The notes under the pieces: generated by a model
The model's input: the letters and a program-made list of their open reading frames with translations, nothing else
Told to the model about the DNA's origin: nothing
Databases searched by the model: none
Program-made: the position numbers and the translations under genes
In this document: in pieces, positions 1-7,576 of the stretch
Layout: every line of letters starts with the position of its first letter
Position numbering within the stretch: the stretch's first letter is position 1
Origin: Naegleria gruberi
Lineage: Eukaryota
Direction: 5' to 3' (one strand)
DNA length: 7,596 bases
Assembly (NCBI GenBank): GCA_000004985.1
Contig: GG739016.1

Positions 1-487
1 TCAAACTGATTATTTGAAATTAATTAAATCCGTAAGGGATTAAAACTAGTAACAGTTTTTAGGGAGTTGTTTCTTGCTGCAGTTTTTGATTTAACAATAA
101 AAAATTCTAACCACAATAAAAAAGAACAAAAATTAATTAACAAGATTTACTGTTTTGAAAACACATTCGGCAAAGTGAAACTTTTGGTTTCATTAATACT
201 GTTTCATATGATGGAAAACTTTATTTACACATTAATTATTAACCGAGGAGACCGGCGTGTCACCACCTCATGACGGACTACATCACTATGCTATCTGAGA
301 TTCAGCACTCTGTTTTGCTTAAAGTTTTTAATGTACAATTTTAATGTCACTACCAGAGTAGTTTCTATCAGCCAGGCGAAAACTAGTGTACCGACAAGAA
401 AAAAAAAATGCGACAACAACTGAAGATGAATCTACACAATATCAATCATTACATCAACACCACAAAACGCAAACAAATACGATAATA

Positions 488-1348
488 ATGGATTTCATTG
501 ACTATATGGATTTTGAAGAAGAATCCAATGAACAACAAAACAGTGCTGAAGAAATGTTACTTCTAATGAGACAGCAGCGATATGGAAGAACAGATATCTC
601 TTTGATGGATATTTTACACAATAACACACAAACAATATCCACCAACTTGAACCAATACAAAGAAAGAATAATCAACAATGACCAACAACAATATGAAGAC
701 AACGATGACATTGATGATTTGGATGAAGATGGTGATGTGTTAATGGCAGAGGCTAATACTTATCAACAATGGAGAATCATTGAAGAGAAGTATTGGGATA
801 AATATATAGATATTTGTAAGGATGGATTTAAATCAGAATCCTATGACAAACAAAACTCTGTGGAAAAAGCAATCCTTTTTAGTGCCATCCAACATTTGGG
901 AAGAGTTGCAAGACATAAGGTTTTCAATGCCATGAAACCTGGAAAAGCAAGAATTAGAAAAGATATATTCATTGGAGCAATGGAACCAAGATTGTTTGAT
1001 TATTTTATGAAAGAAGCTGGTGGTGAGAGATCTTTCAGGAGATACACAAAAACACAAGAGGATGGATCAAAATTGCTGCAAGGTTGTGTTGTATATTCAT
1101 TTGAAGGTGAGAAATATCCATATTTCGGAATCAGTGATAATTGGCGAATTAAGTATCATTATGAGGTAGAAGATGATGTTCAATTAATTGTTAGAAAAAG
1201 AGTATCTACAATGACTAGCTGTAAAGTTAAATGCAATGTTGTTTCGTGGGAGGTTAGAATGGATTTAACTTGGAAACGAGAGGTAATGGATGTTATTAAC
1301 TATGATCAAGAAAATGAACAGTATGGAGAGCCAGAACTCTGTGATTAA
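488..1348 (+). CDS. Hypothetical protein, 286 aa from the first ATG (the track ORF begins at a GTG at 386). Acidic, Q/N-rich N-terminal half and a C-terminal half with no domain I recognise
   Basis: It is the longest stop-free frame in the first 1.4 kb. A is at -3 of ATG 488. AATAAA lies 13 nt after the TAA stop at 1361-1366. Codon usage matches that of the transposase ORF. There is no recognisable family motif. It contains acidic stretches such as DNDDIDDLDEDGD and the motif GISDNWRIKYHYEVEDD. Confidence 0.45.
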   Translation: MDFIDYMDFEEESNEQQNSAEEMLLLMRQQRYGRTDISLMDILHNNTQTISTNLNQYKERIINNDQQQYEDNDDIDDLDEDGDVLMAEANTYQQWRIIEEKYWDKYIDICKDGFKSESYDKQNSVEKAILFSAIQHLGRVARHKVFNAMKPGKARIRKDIFIGAMEPRLFDYFMKEAGGERSFRRYTKTQEDGSKLLQGCVVYSFEGEKYPYFGISDNWRIKYHYEVEDDVQLIVRKRVSTMTSCKVKCNVVSWEVRMDLTWKREVMDVINYDQENEQYGEPELCD

Positions 1349-1360
1349 TTGGTAGTAATT

Positions 1361-1366
1361 AATAAA
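1361..1366 (+). terminator. AATAAA polyadenylation-signal hexamer 13 nt after the stop of the 488-1348 ORF
   Basis: Hexamer seen in the sequence. Chance occurrence is plausible in AT-rich DNA. Confidence 0.3.
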
Positions 1367-1630
1367 AAAATTAAAATCGGTTTAAAAAAAATGACAATCA
1401 CTACAACCTTTATTAATTTGTTTCATCCATCAAAATCCAACATACCCAAACCTTTATTGGCGGGCCCCGTCATTAGTAGGCTTTTGGGTTGGAAAATGAT
1501 GCATAAATAATTGGTAAAGGTTGTCACTAAATGGCAGGGAATGGCAAAGCAGGTTCTTCATGGATATGGATTATGTGATGACCATGATGCGGCGATTATT
1601 GTTCCTATTCATTGATGTTTGCTTGTGTGA

Positions 1631-2764
1631 ACTTTGATGACATGTGTCTTTTGGTTCTTGGTTGCCCTGGGTAGACCATCACATCTATCGCAACCTAACA
1701 CAAGTAAATGTGGTGGTGAAAATCTTTTTTCATTTAACCCTTCTACAAACAACAATATTTAAACCGGTTAGTTTTTATTTAAATTTTCAAATTTATTAAT
1801 TAATAATTTGTAAATTAATGTTGGAAAATATAAAGGAATTTTGTTGTGAAAAAGTCCAAACAAATATGTTCTGTTGGTAACAAACACGGGTGCTGTTTAG
1901 TTGACATAAGTTGCCAAGAGTGGTTTATTGGGTGAGAATGTTGTTACTTATTCTAACAGCAATGCTGCATTGACTTTTACTGGTTGTGTTGTTATGGTTG
2001 TCGCAACTCTGTTCTTTTCTCTTTGGATGTATTAATGACAGGAGATGAGATTTTGTTCACCATTCAAACATGGGAAGAAAATCACTTGACCAACACTTTT
2101 GAAATCAAGATTGATCAACAAATTGCTGGAAATGGAAGCTTGTTTGAATTCTTCTCCATCTGTTGTTCCATCAAAGGAAATTGATGATCCAACTGATAAG
2201 AAGCCACTTGGTTGGGTTGATGAAGAATTAATGGATGATCCAGAAGCCAGTAAGCTGGAAGATTGGGATGAAACATTGTCAAGAGAAGAAGAATTTATTT
2301 CAGATCCAGAAGATAACATGTTGGAGGATTGGTTAGAAAATGAACAAGACATGATTCCAGATTCAGAAGCCAAAATGTTGGAATGGGATGAGGATGAAGA
2401 TGGTGCTTGGGAAACTCCAATTGTTGGGAATAAGAAGTGTGAAACTCAACCAAGATTGATTAAAAATCCAGCTTACAGGGGTAAATGGGTTGCTCGAGAT
2501 TAAGAATTCAAGTGTTTGGGCTTCAAAGAAAATCTAAATCCAAATTATTTTGAAGATAAGTAGCTATCAAATCTGTCTGGAAGGATTGGTGTTGTTTTTA
2601 CTGAAATCTGGACCATGCAACAAAATACCTTCTTTGATAACTTTATCATTGCTCACGTTCAGAAAGTTGCTGATTTACAATTGCCAAGATTAATTCAAAC
2701 ACCAACTTTTATTCGTTCCAACCTGTATCAAAGGGTGTTCAGTTGTAGCCTGTGTTGCTTGTGA
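1631..2764 (+). pseudogene. Calnexin-type (calnexin/calreticulin family) ER lectin chaperone pseudogene; intronless, frameshifted, with in-frame stops
   Basis: Collinear similarity to the calnexin luminal domain is recoverable across three reading-frame segments. N-lobe remnant: ...NTSKCGGENLFSFNPS, cf. the conserved CGG-[AG]-YVKLF motif (about 1703-1760). Mid section: [50 protein letters not shown] (frame 1, 1984-2150), cf. calreticulin NYKGKNVLINKDIRCKDDEFTHLYTLIVRPDNTYEVKIDNSQVESGSL. P-domain (frame 2, 2160-2500) has four motif-1 repeats, [10 protein letters not shown] / SKLEDWDE / NMLEDWLE / [11 protein letters not shown], cf. KPEDWDE and KPEGWLDDE. These are followed by motif-2 repeats [17 protein letters not shown] / [11 protein letters not shown] / NLNPNYFED, then GRIGVVFTEIWTMQQNTFFDNFII, cf. 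calnexin NPDFFED...AIGLELWSMTSDIFFDNFII. Four motif-1 repeats plus a Cys in motif 2 indicate the calnexin type rather than calreticulin. The calnexin and calreticulin reference sequences are recalled from memory. Disruptions: stops at 1628 and 1760, a frameshift near 2143-2160, an in-frame TAA at 2501-2503 and TAG at 2561-2563, and an N-terminal lectin lobe that is truncated or unrecognisable. Confidence 0.7.
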
Positions 2765-3164
2765 TGGAGAAACCACAAATGCAGGTGCAGGCTTGACAAA
2801 TGAAATTACCAATACTAATACTCAACAATCACAATTTCTAAAAATATTTTGTACAGGCAAAGTATTGACAATCTTGATTCTGATACTTTCCAGGCAACAA
2901 ATTTTGATGGTGTCGATGATACCATTTTCATTGTCAATATGAACATTTATAACAACAAACCAACGCTCACAACTGCATTAACAATGGCTTCTGGTTATTC
3001 AGTGGATGCCATCTTTTTGACTTCTACTGACTCATTTACTGAAGCAAACATTCCTTCTGCTGATAGAATTGATTTCTCCCTTATCAGTACTGCTTAGCAG
3101 CAAAAGACACTGGTGAAAAGTTCGTTCCTTAAGTTCGTTCGATGTTGGGAAGTGCATTTTCCAT

Positions 3165-3431
3165 TCAATACACTGACATATGGAGGACTAAAGTCCTCAC
3201 ACCTGCATTTGCTACCAACTCAAGGAGCTGCATTAATTGTTTGAATACACCATCCAAATCAGTGACAACATAAGCAAAGAGCTTCACTTGTTGAGAAACA
3301 CATGGAGCTGAAATTTCCATTGATGCAGCAACAATCAGTGCCAACTCACTAAACACTTCCCTGTCAAGCGCAATGCAAGACAGCAGGTACTCCTTATTCA
3401 ATTCTGCTGCTGATTCCAATGGGACTCTCAA
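3165..3431 (-). other. Stop-free protein-like fragment on the minus strand (about 100 aa, no ATG start). A possible terminal exon or a remnant of a decayed gene
   Basis: The translation ...LNKEYLLSCIALDREVFSELALIVAASMEISAPCVSQQVKLFAYVVTDLDGVFKQLMQLLELVANAGVRT has a globular, helical-looking composition, unlike the low-complexity shadow ORFs. It is bounded upstream by TAA. I recognise no family. Confidence 0.2.
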
Positions 3432-4774
3432 TATTAATCTCCTTGCAATCCTTCTGGAACTAATCCATTAACTCTAGTGGAGCTTCCGTCTTTTTCCAAA
3501 TGGCTGGTAAGAGAGTTCAAACTGCACCTATACCATTTCTGATAATTTGTCTGCATCTGGACTGAGACTATCTATCAACCATCCAATTTACAAGTTGGTA
3601 ATGATACATTCACATATTCAGTAGCTGATACATTGGACATTTCTGCGTCGTATGCATTGCAGTGGAAATTACAAGGACTCAAACAGATCCATTTGATCAA
3701 ATTTATGGTGTTCATTGGATATGGTGTGGTTGCAATTTCACAGATGTAGGTACATGACCTGCTCTATAGGAACTGACTGTGTTGGAACTGACAAAATCGT
3801 TCTTAAGTATCACGTTGGTCTTGGTGCCAACAAAATTGCTGCAACTGTCAATATTTACAACTCGAAAGTCATGTTGAATGAATGTGGAGTGGTTTTGTTT
3901 TTGATAAGGAACAAAAACTTTTTTGTTCTTTCAACCTCTGTATGGTCTGTTGTCAGGAATGGTGGAACTTTTCTATGCTTGCTTCATCAGATGCTAATGG
4001 AAATTCCTTGTTGGCTTCAATTAGGAGCATTGTTCACTGTTGTTTGTGGTTTTTCTGCTCACATTACGTCCCAACAAGTGGTTTCATTGGAAGAACTGGT
4101 CTTGCCTTTGTTATGGTCCGCACTGTTAAACATCAATTGCCTTCTGTATAGAGGGGTTCTGATGGGTTGTTGTGAAATTCACTGAAAGTGATGTCAAATT
4201 TGTTTCCACTGTGATTCCAGAATTTGCCAGAGTTGGGATTTCTGCAAATCAAGGAGGAATAAGGTAACATATGATCGTGGTGTACTTGTTTTGCCAAGAG
4301 CTGTGAAATTCTCTTGACGTGACCAAAAAAACCCCTAATCAATCCCAGATGTCCAATTGTTGAGTTGATCTTTAGGATGACTTGAACAGTACAAAATGTT
4401 TCGTTTGGTTGGTTTGTCTGTCACTTTACGAAATTGCATTCATATCTTGCTCATGATGCTCCTCGTTGCCTCACTTGTTGAAGAGAAATTTATTTATCGA
4501 ATCACACAGGACGCCAACTGCTTGTGTGCAAAGCAGATTGTTTTGGTAACGATGCTCGAATCTGATTGCAATCTTCATAGGAATGAGAGGATGAGTGTGA
4601 AGAAATTGCCAAATCATCAGCCAATGCATTTATTAAGCATACGACGAACTCAACTGAGATGCTGTTCTCTCACAGTTGGGCAAATGAATTAGTAACGATA
4701 CTGCATGGCAAATAACAACTCATTAATGGGAGTGGTGAGGTGGTGTTCAACAAAAACAAAGAGCAGCATATTTT

Positions 4775-4785
4775 AAAAAAAAAAA
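4775..4785 (+). promoter_or_regulatory. A11 homopolymer immediately 5' of the transposase initiator ATG (aaaaaaaaaaacaATG): A-rich leader / initiation context
   Basis: Seen in the sequence. The same A-run-then-ATG arrangement recurs at 399-410 and 7306-7315. Confidence 0.3.
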
Positions 4786-4787
4786 CA

Positions 4788-7292
4788 ATGACTCTCTCTA
4801 CTATTGAGAGTTTATTTTCTGTGACAGGTAATGGACAAACAAACACACTTGTTTCTCCATCTGCAAGAATCAGCAGATACAAAACAATCAAAGACTTTGT
4901 TAACATCACCAAGAAACATGGCAATAACAAAGAATTCACTCTAAAAGAATCTCCAATGCAGAAATATTGTTCCAAAGTGGGAGATACATTTTTGTGTCAA
5001 CAAAGAAATAGCAAAGGTAATTCAACAAGTGTGTGTGTTGATGTTGGTGTTGCCAATTTTTCTTCCATGATGTTTAGTGAATCTTTTTTAATGGTCCAAC
5101 CAAAAAAACAAACAAACAATGACACATCCTTGGTGGATTTATTGTCATTGTTCAACATGTTGACACATACATTGCGAGATGAGACAGTTTATGAATTGTT
5201 GTTGCAGCTTTTTTCAAATGATATTGACTTATTCGAAACCTTTTGTAAAGATTTACAAAAGAGAAACGAAAAAGTATCTTCATTATTCATTGCTTTTTCT
5301 GTAAATGTGGTTTCATTTAATTCTTACATCCTTTTGCAAAAAGATAGAATGCGAATTTCAGATAGTCTTTACCATGAGATTCGAATTAGATTCTTTCTTG
5401 AAAAATATTTACCTCCCTTAGATGACTTAAAAGACACAAGAAAAGAAAAAAACATAGAAGTGCTTGGCTTTTATGATGTAAATATTAGATCTGTCAGTTA
5501 TGTAGCCAGTGTTCAGCATGAAAAAGAGCAGATATATGAGGACATTGATGAGCCAGAGGATGCCTGTGAAGATACTTGTCAAAATATTTGTCAAGATAGC
5601 TGTCAGAATATTTCTTCAAATCCTACACAAGACAACCAATCGTCCAACAGTGTTGGTGTTGCAATGAGTATGTCGAGTAATGTGTTGAATGAATCACCTG
5701 TGACGGTAAAAGGAAATAAGAAACAAACGACAGTCGTGTTTGTTAAAAATATTACAAAATTGGTAAAGAGTATTTTGAAATTGGAATTAATCGAAACCAT
5801 CAATAGACAAACAAAAGGAAAAGTTATTTCTGAGAACGATATGGCTTTTTTGGAAAAAGCAACAAAAGAGGCCATTATGAGTTATGGAATGGATCAAAAG
5901 GGTCTTAATGGTTTGACAGTTTTGGGTGTATCTATGCGAGGTTCTAGAGTTTTTAATGCTCAATGTCCCTTTTCAATAATTCCATTGGCCCTATGGAATG
6001 GTAAGGAAAAAGATATTTTATTTATATCAAACATTATAAGGGCAGAGCTTGATGAATTGCGTAAACAGGTAGTGGTTATTGAATACAATGGAAAAAATTA
6101 CAAGTATGAATTAAAAAACAAACTTGTTACTGATTTGTCTGCGTTTAAATATTTAAATGGATGGAGCAGAATTAATTGTCCATTTTGTGATTGTCCAAAC
6201 GCACATAGTTCAATTAAACAGGGATGCACTGTTGTGGAAAGGTCTGGTAACACAGAAATTTCAAATTGTTTAGGATTTGATCATACTGATTTTATAATTT
6301 GTTATTTACATTTACTCGAAAGAATCATTCAACATCTATTAAGGCTTAGTTTAGGTACAGCAGAAGAAAATTTCGATTCTATGGTAAAAGAAATTCAAAT
6401 GGTTTCAACATTAAGAAACTTGATGTTTGAACCAGATGAAAATGGAGATTACAATTTATATCTCACTGGTGACCAATGTGAAGCTCTATTGCAAGGACGT
6501 GCTAAATTTTTTAAAAATTGTCCAAAACATATTCAAGAATTATGGAACGAAGGCAATCACATTCTTGATATATTCAAAAAAGGGCTGAGCAATGGCGATT
6601 ATCAAGATTTCCAATTATCTCTTGATCGTTTCTTCCAGAAATTTAAAAAGTATTCAACAATAGGAAGCTGGTATGTTCACATAATTATGTATCATGGGGT
6701 TGCTTTGTTAAAAACGTATGGAGGCTTGTCAAAATGGAGTGCAGAAGGTTTTGAACATTTTCATAGACTTCTTGAATATATTTTGGAAAATTGTGTGCAA
6801 CATGGAACAAATACAAAAGAGTACTGGTATTTGATGCTTAAAAAACCAACAAAGCCGAGTGATTATCCTCCCCTTCCAACCAAGAATACAGAAATACTTT
6901 CATATACTGACATGGAATTTAGCAGTGATAATCTCAAAAATCCCTCAGAAGAGAGATATGGTAGAAAAGATTTTGGTTGTTCTATTGAGATCTCTGCTGG
7001 GTTAAAGTTGGCTCAAATTTTGGCCTATTTTTTAAGATGTATTCAGTTAACTTTGGATTTGGATGAGTCTTGGAATAGGATTGAGAACAGAACAACAAAA
7101 ACAAAAGAGGAAGAATTTAAAAGAAAGATCGAACTGAACAACAATGAATTCTCAACCAATCCAAATGTTGATGGAGTTAATTCTTGGATAAAGGTTAAAA
7201 GGGTCAAACATTCTAAACAAACAACTCACATTGAAAGCCAACAGGAACAAACCATTCCAACATCTGCCTACAACAAGTTCTATACTTTATAA
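4788..7292 (+). CDS. Transib-superfamily (RAG1-like) DDE transposase; apparently intact, intronless ORF (834 aa from the first ATG; the track ORF starts earlier at a GTG)
   Basis: The translation contains, in the canonical order and spacing of the RAG1 core and Transib transposases: (1) PLALWNGKEKDILFISNIIRAELDEL, cf. RAG1 [27 protein letters not shown] (first catalytic D, nt 6012-6014). (2) VTDLSAFKYLNGWSRINCPFCDCP, cf. RAG1 GYDEK...VYICTLCD (second D at nt 6132-6134, Cys pair at nt 6177-6194). (3) DHTDFIICYLHLLERIIQHL, cf. RAG1 HSITRSHAENLERY. (4) SWYVHIIMYHGVALLKTYGGLSKWSAEGFEHFHRLL, cf. RAG1 [38 protein letters not shown] (H-x4-H zinc pair at nt 6678-6695, catalytic E at nt 6744-6746). 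(5) EYWYLMLKK, cf. RAG1 HHWLYTSKYLQK. The RAG1 sequence is recalled from memory, not from a database search. The ATG at 4788 has an A-rich leader. The ORF ends with a double TAA stop. Confidence 0.8.
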   Translation: MTLSTIESLFSVTGNGQTNTLVSPSARISRYKTIKDFVNITKKHGNNKEFTLKESPMQKYCSKVGDTFLCQQRNSKGNSTSVCVDVGVANFSSMMFSESFLMVQPKKQTNNDTSLVDLLSLFNMLTHTLRDETVYELLLQLFSNDIDLFETFCKDLQKRNEKVSSLFIAFSVNVVSFNSYILLQKDRMRISDSLYHEIRIRFFLEKYLPPLDDLKDTRKEKNIEVLGFYDVNIRSVSYVASVQHEKEQIYEDIDEPEDACEDTCQNICQDSCQNISSNPTQDNQSSNSVGVAMSMSSNVLNESPVTVKGNKKQTTVVFVKNITKLVKSILKLELIETINRQTKGKVISENDMAFLEKATKEAIMSYGMDQKGLNGLTVLGVSMRGSRVFNAQCPFSIIPLALWNGKEKDILFISNIIRAELDELRKQVVVIEYNGKNYKYELKNKLVTDLSAFKYLNGWSRINCPFCDCPNAHSSIKQGCTVVERSGNTEISNCLGFDHTDFIICYLHLLERIIQHLLRLSLGTAEENFDSMVKEIQMVSTLRNLMFEPDENGDYNLYLTGDQCEALLQGRAKFFKNCPKHIQELWNEGNHILDIFKKGLSNGDYQDFQLSLDRFFQKFKKYSTIGSWYVHIIMYHGVALLKTYGGLSKWSAEGFEHFHRLLEYILENCVQHGTNTKEYWYLMLKKPTKPSDYPPLPTKNTEILSYTDMEFSSDNLKNPSEERYGRKDFGCSIEISAGLKLAQILAYFLRCIQLTLDLDESWNRIENRTTKTKEEEFKRKIELNNNEFSTNPNVDGVNSWIKVKRVKHSKQTTHIESQQEQTIPTSAYNKFYTL
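5565..5612 (+). repeat. Imperfect 12-nt tandem repeat x4 inside the transposase ORF (tgtgaagatact / tgtcaaaatatt / tgtcaagatagc / tgtcagaatatt), encoding CEDT-CQNI-CQDS-CQNI
   Basis: Read directly from the sequence. It is in frame and sits in the N-terminal, non-catalytic part of the ORF. Confidence 0.8.
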
Positions 7293-7296
7293 TAAA
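7291..7296 (+). terminator. AATAAA hexamer overlapping the TAA-TAA double stop of the transposase ORF
   Basis: Seen in the sequence (tAATAAAttt). Confidence 0.25.
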
Positions 7297-7305
7297 TTTA
7301 ATTTT

Positions 7306-7312
7306 AAAAAAA
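7306..7312 (+). promoter_or_regulatory. A7 run immediately 5' of ATG 7313
   Basis: Seen in the sequence; the same arrangement as at 4775-4790. Confidence 0.25.
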
Positions 7313-7576
7313 ATGGGCAAAGAAGATGTTGTTCTTTGCAACAATAACCACACTGTCAATCTACGTTCTCAAAAAAATAACTACATCAACAAATTTAAAA
7401 AGAAATTTAATGATGGTTCGGAAGATGGTGTATTCTTGGAAACTCTTGGAAAAGCAAAATTCAAAAAAACAAATAGTAATTGGGATACAAATATCAACCA
7501 TACAACGTTTATGATAAATGACAACGGACATCCTGATGTTGTTTTCTTGAAGCAGTTTTTAAAAAATAAATTTTGA
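7313..7576 (+). CDS. Small hypothetical ORF (87 aa) starting 20 nt downstream of the transposase stop. It could be a second element-encoded ORF or spurious
   Basis: An ATG preceded by an A7 run (aaaaaaaATGg). The frame is open for 87 codons and ends with TGA. It is Lys/Asn-rich with no recognisable motif. Confidence 0.25.
   Translation: MGKEDVVLCNNNHTVNLRSQKNNYINKFKKKFNDGSEDGVFLETLGKAKFKKTNSNWDTNINHTTFMINDNGHPDVVFLKQFLKNKF

Noticed and set aside
67-273. A 68-aa ORF at the window start.
   Set aside because: It begins at TTG and has AT-rich low-complexity codons and no ATG context. It is most likely spacer DNA.
2032-2373. A 113-aa Ser-rich ORF on the minus strand.
   Set aside because: It is the antisense shadow of the GAA/GAT-rich calnexin P-domain. 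It is low-complexity poly-Ser/Ile and starts at a non-ATG codon. The same applies to minus-strand ORFs 502-711, 833-1057, 4670-4975 and 5603-5875, which lie inside longer sense ORFs.
1984-2503. My first reading assigned this to calreticulin.
   Set aside because: Four KPEDWDE-type repeats, a Cys in the second repeat type (NKKCETQP, cf. calnexin NPRCESAP), the KPLGWVDEE repeat (cf. calnexin KPEGWLDDE) and NPNYFED...FFDNFII all fit calnexin better than calreticulin.
2099-2764. The in-frame TAA (2501) and TAG (2561) inside the calnexin homology might indicate a ciliate-type reassigned genetic code.
   Set aside because: The 286-aa and 834-aa ORFs are fully open in the standard code and terminate with TAA. 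The calnexin remnant also carries a genuine frameshift (about 2143-2160) and a TGA stop, so ordinary pseudogene decay explains the stops.
3118-3140. A 10-bp direct repeat, aagttcgttc x2 separated by 3 nt, as a possible target-site duplication.
   Set aside because: It is too short and is adjacent tandem rather than flanking an insert. It is most likely a small local duplication.
3715-4185. Two overlapping plus-strand ORFs (156 aa and 89 aa) that might be genes.
   Set aside because: They overlap each other in different frames, start at TTG, and are hydrophobic and low-complexity because of the T/G-rich strand. They are better treated as part of the decayed 3100-4740 region.
4788-7292. Whether the large ORF is a retrotransposon pol or a yeast-type gene.
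   Set aside because: It has no reverse-transcriptase YxDD motif or integrase HHCC and DD35E pattern. The RAG1/Transib motif set fits in order and spacing.
7326-7514. A 62-aa ORF overlapping ORF 7313-7576 in another frame.
   Set aside because: It is shorter and lies wholly inside the alternative frame, with no supporting signal.
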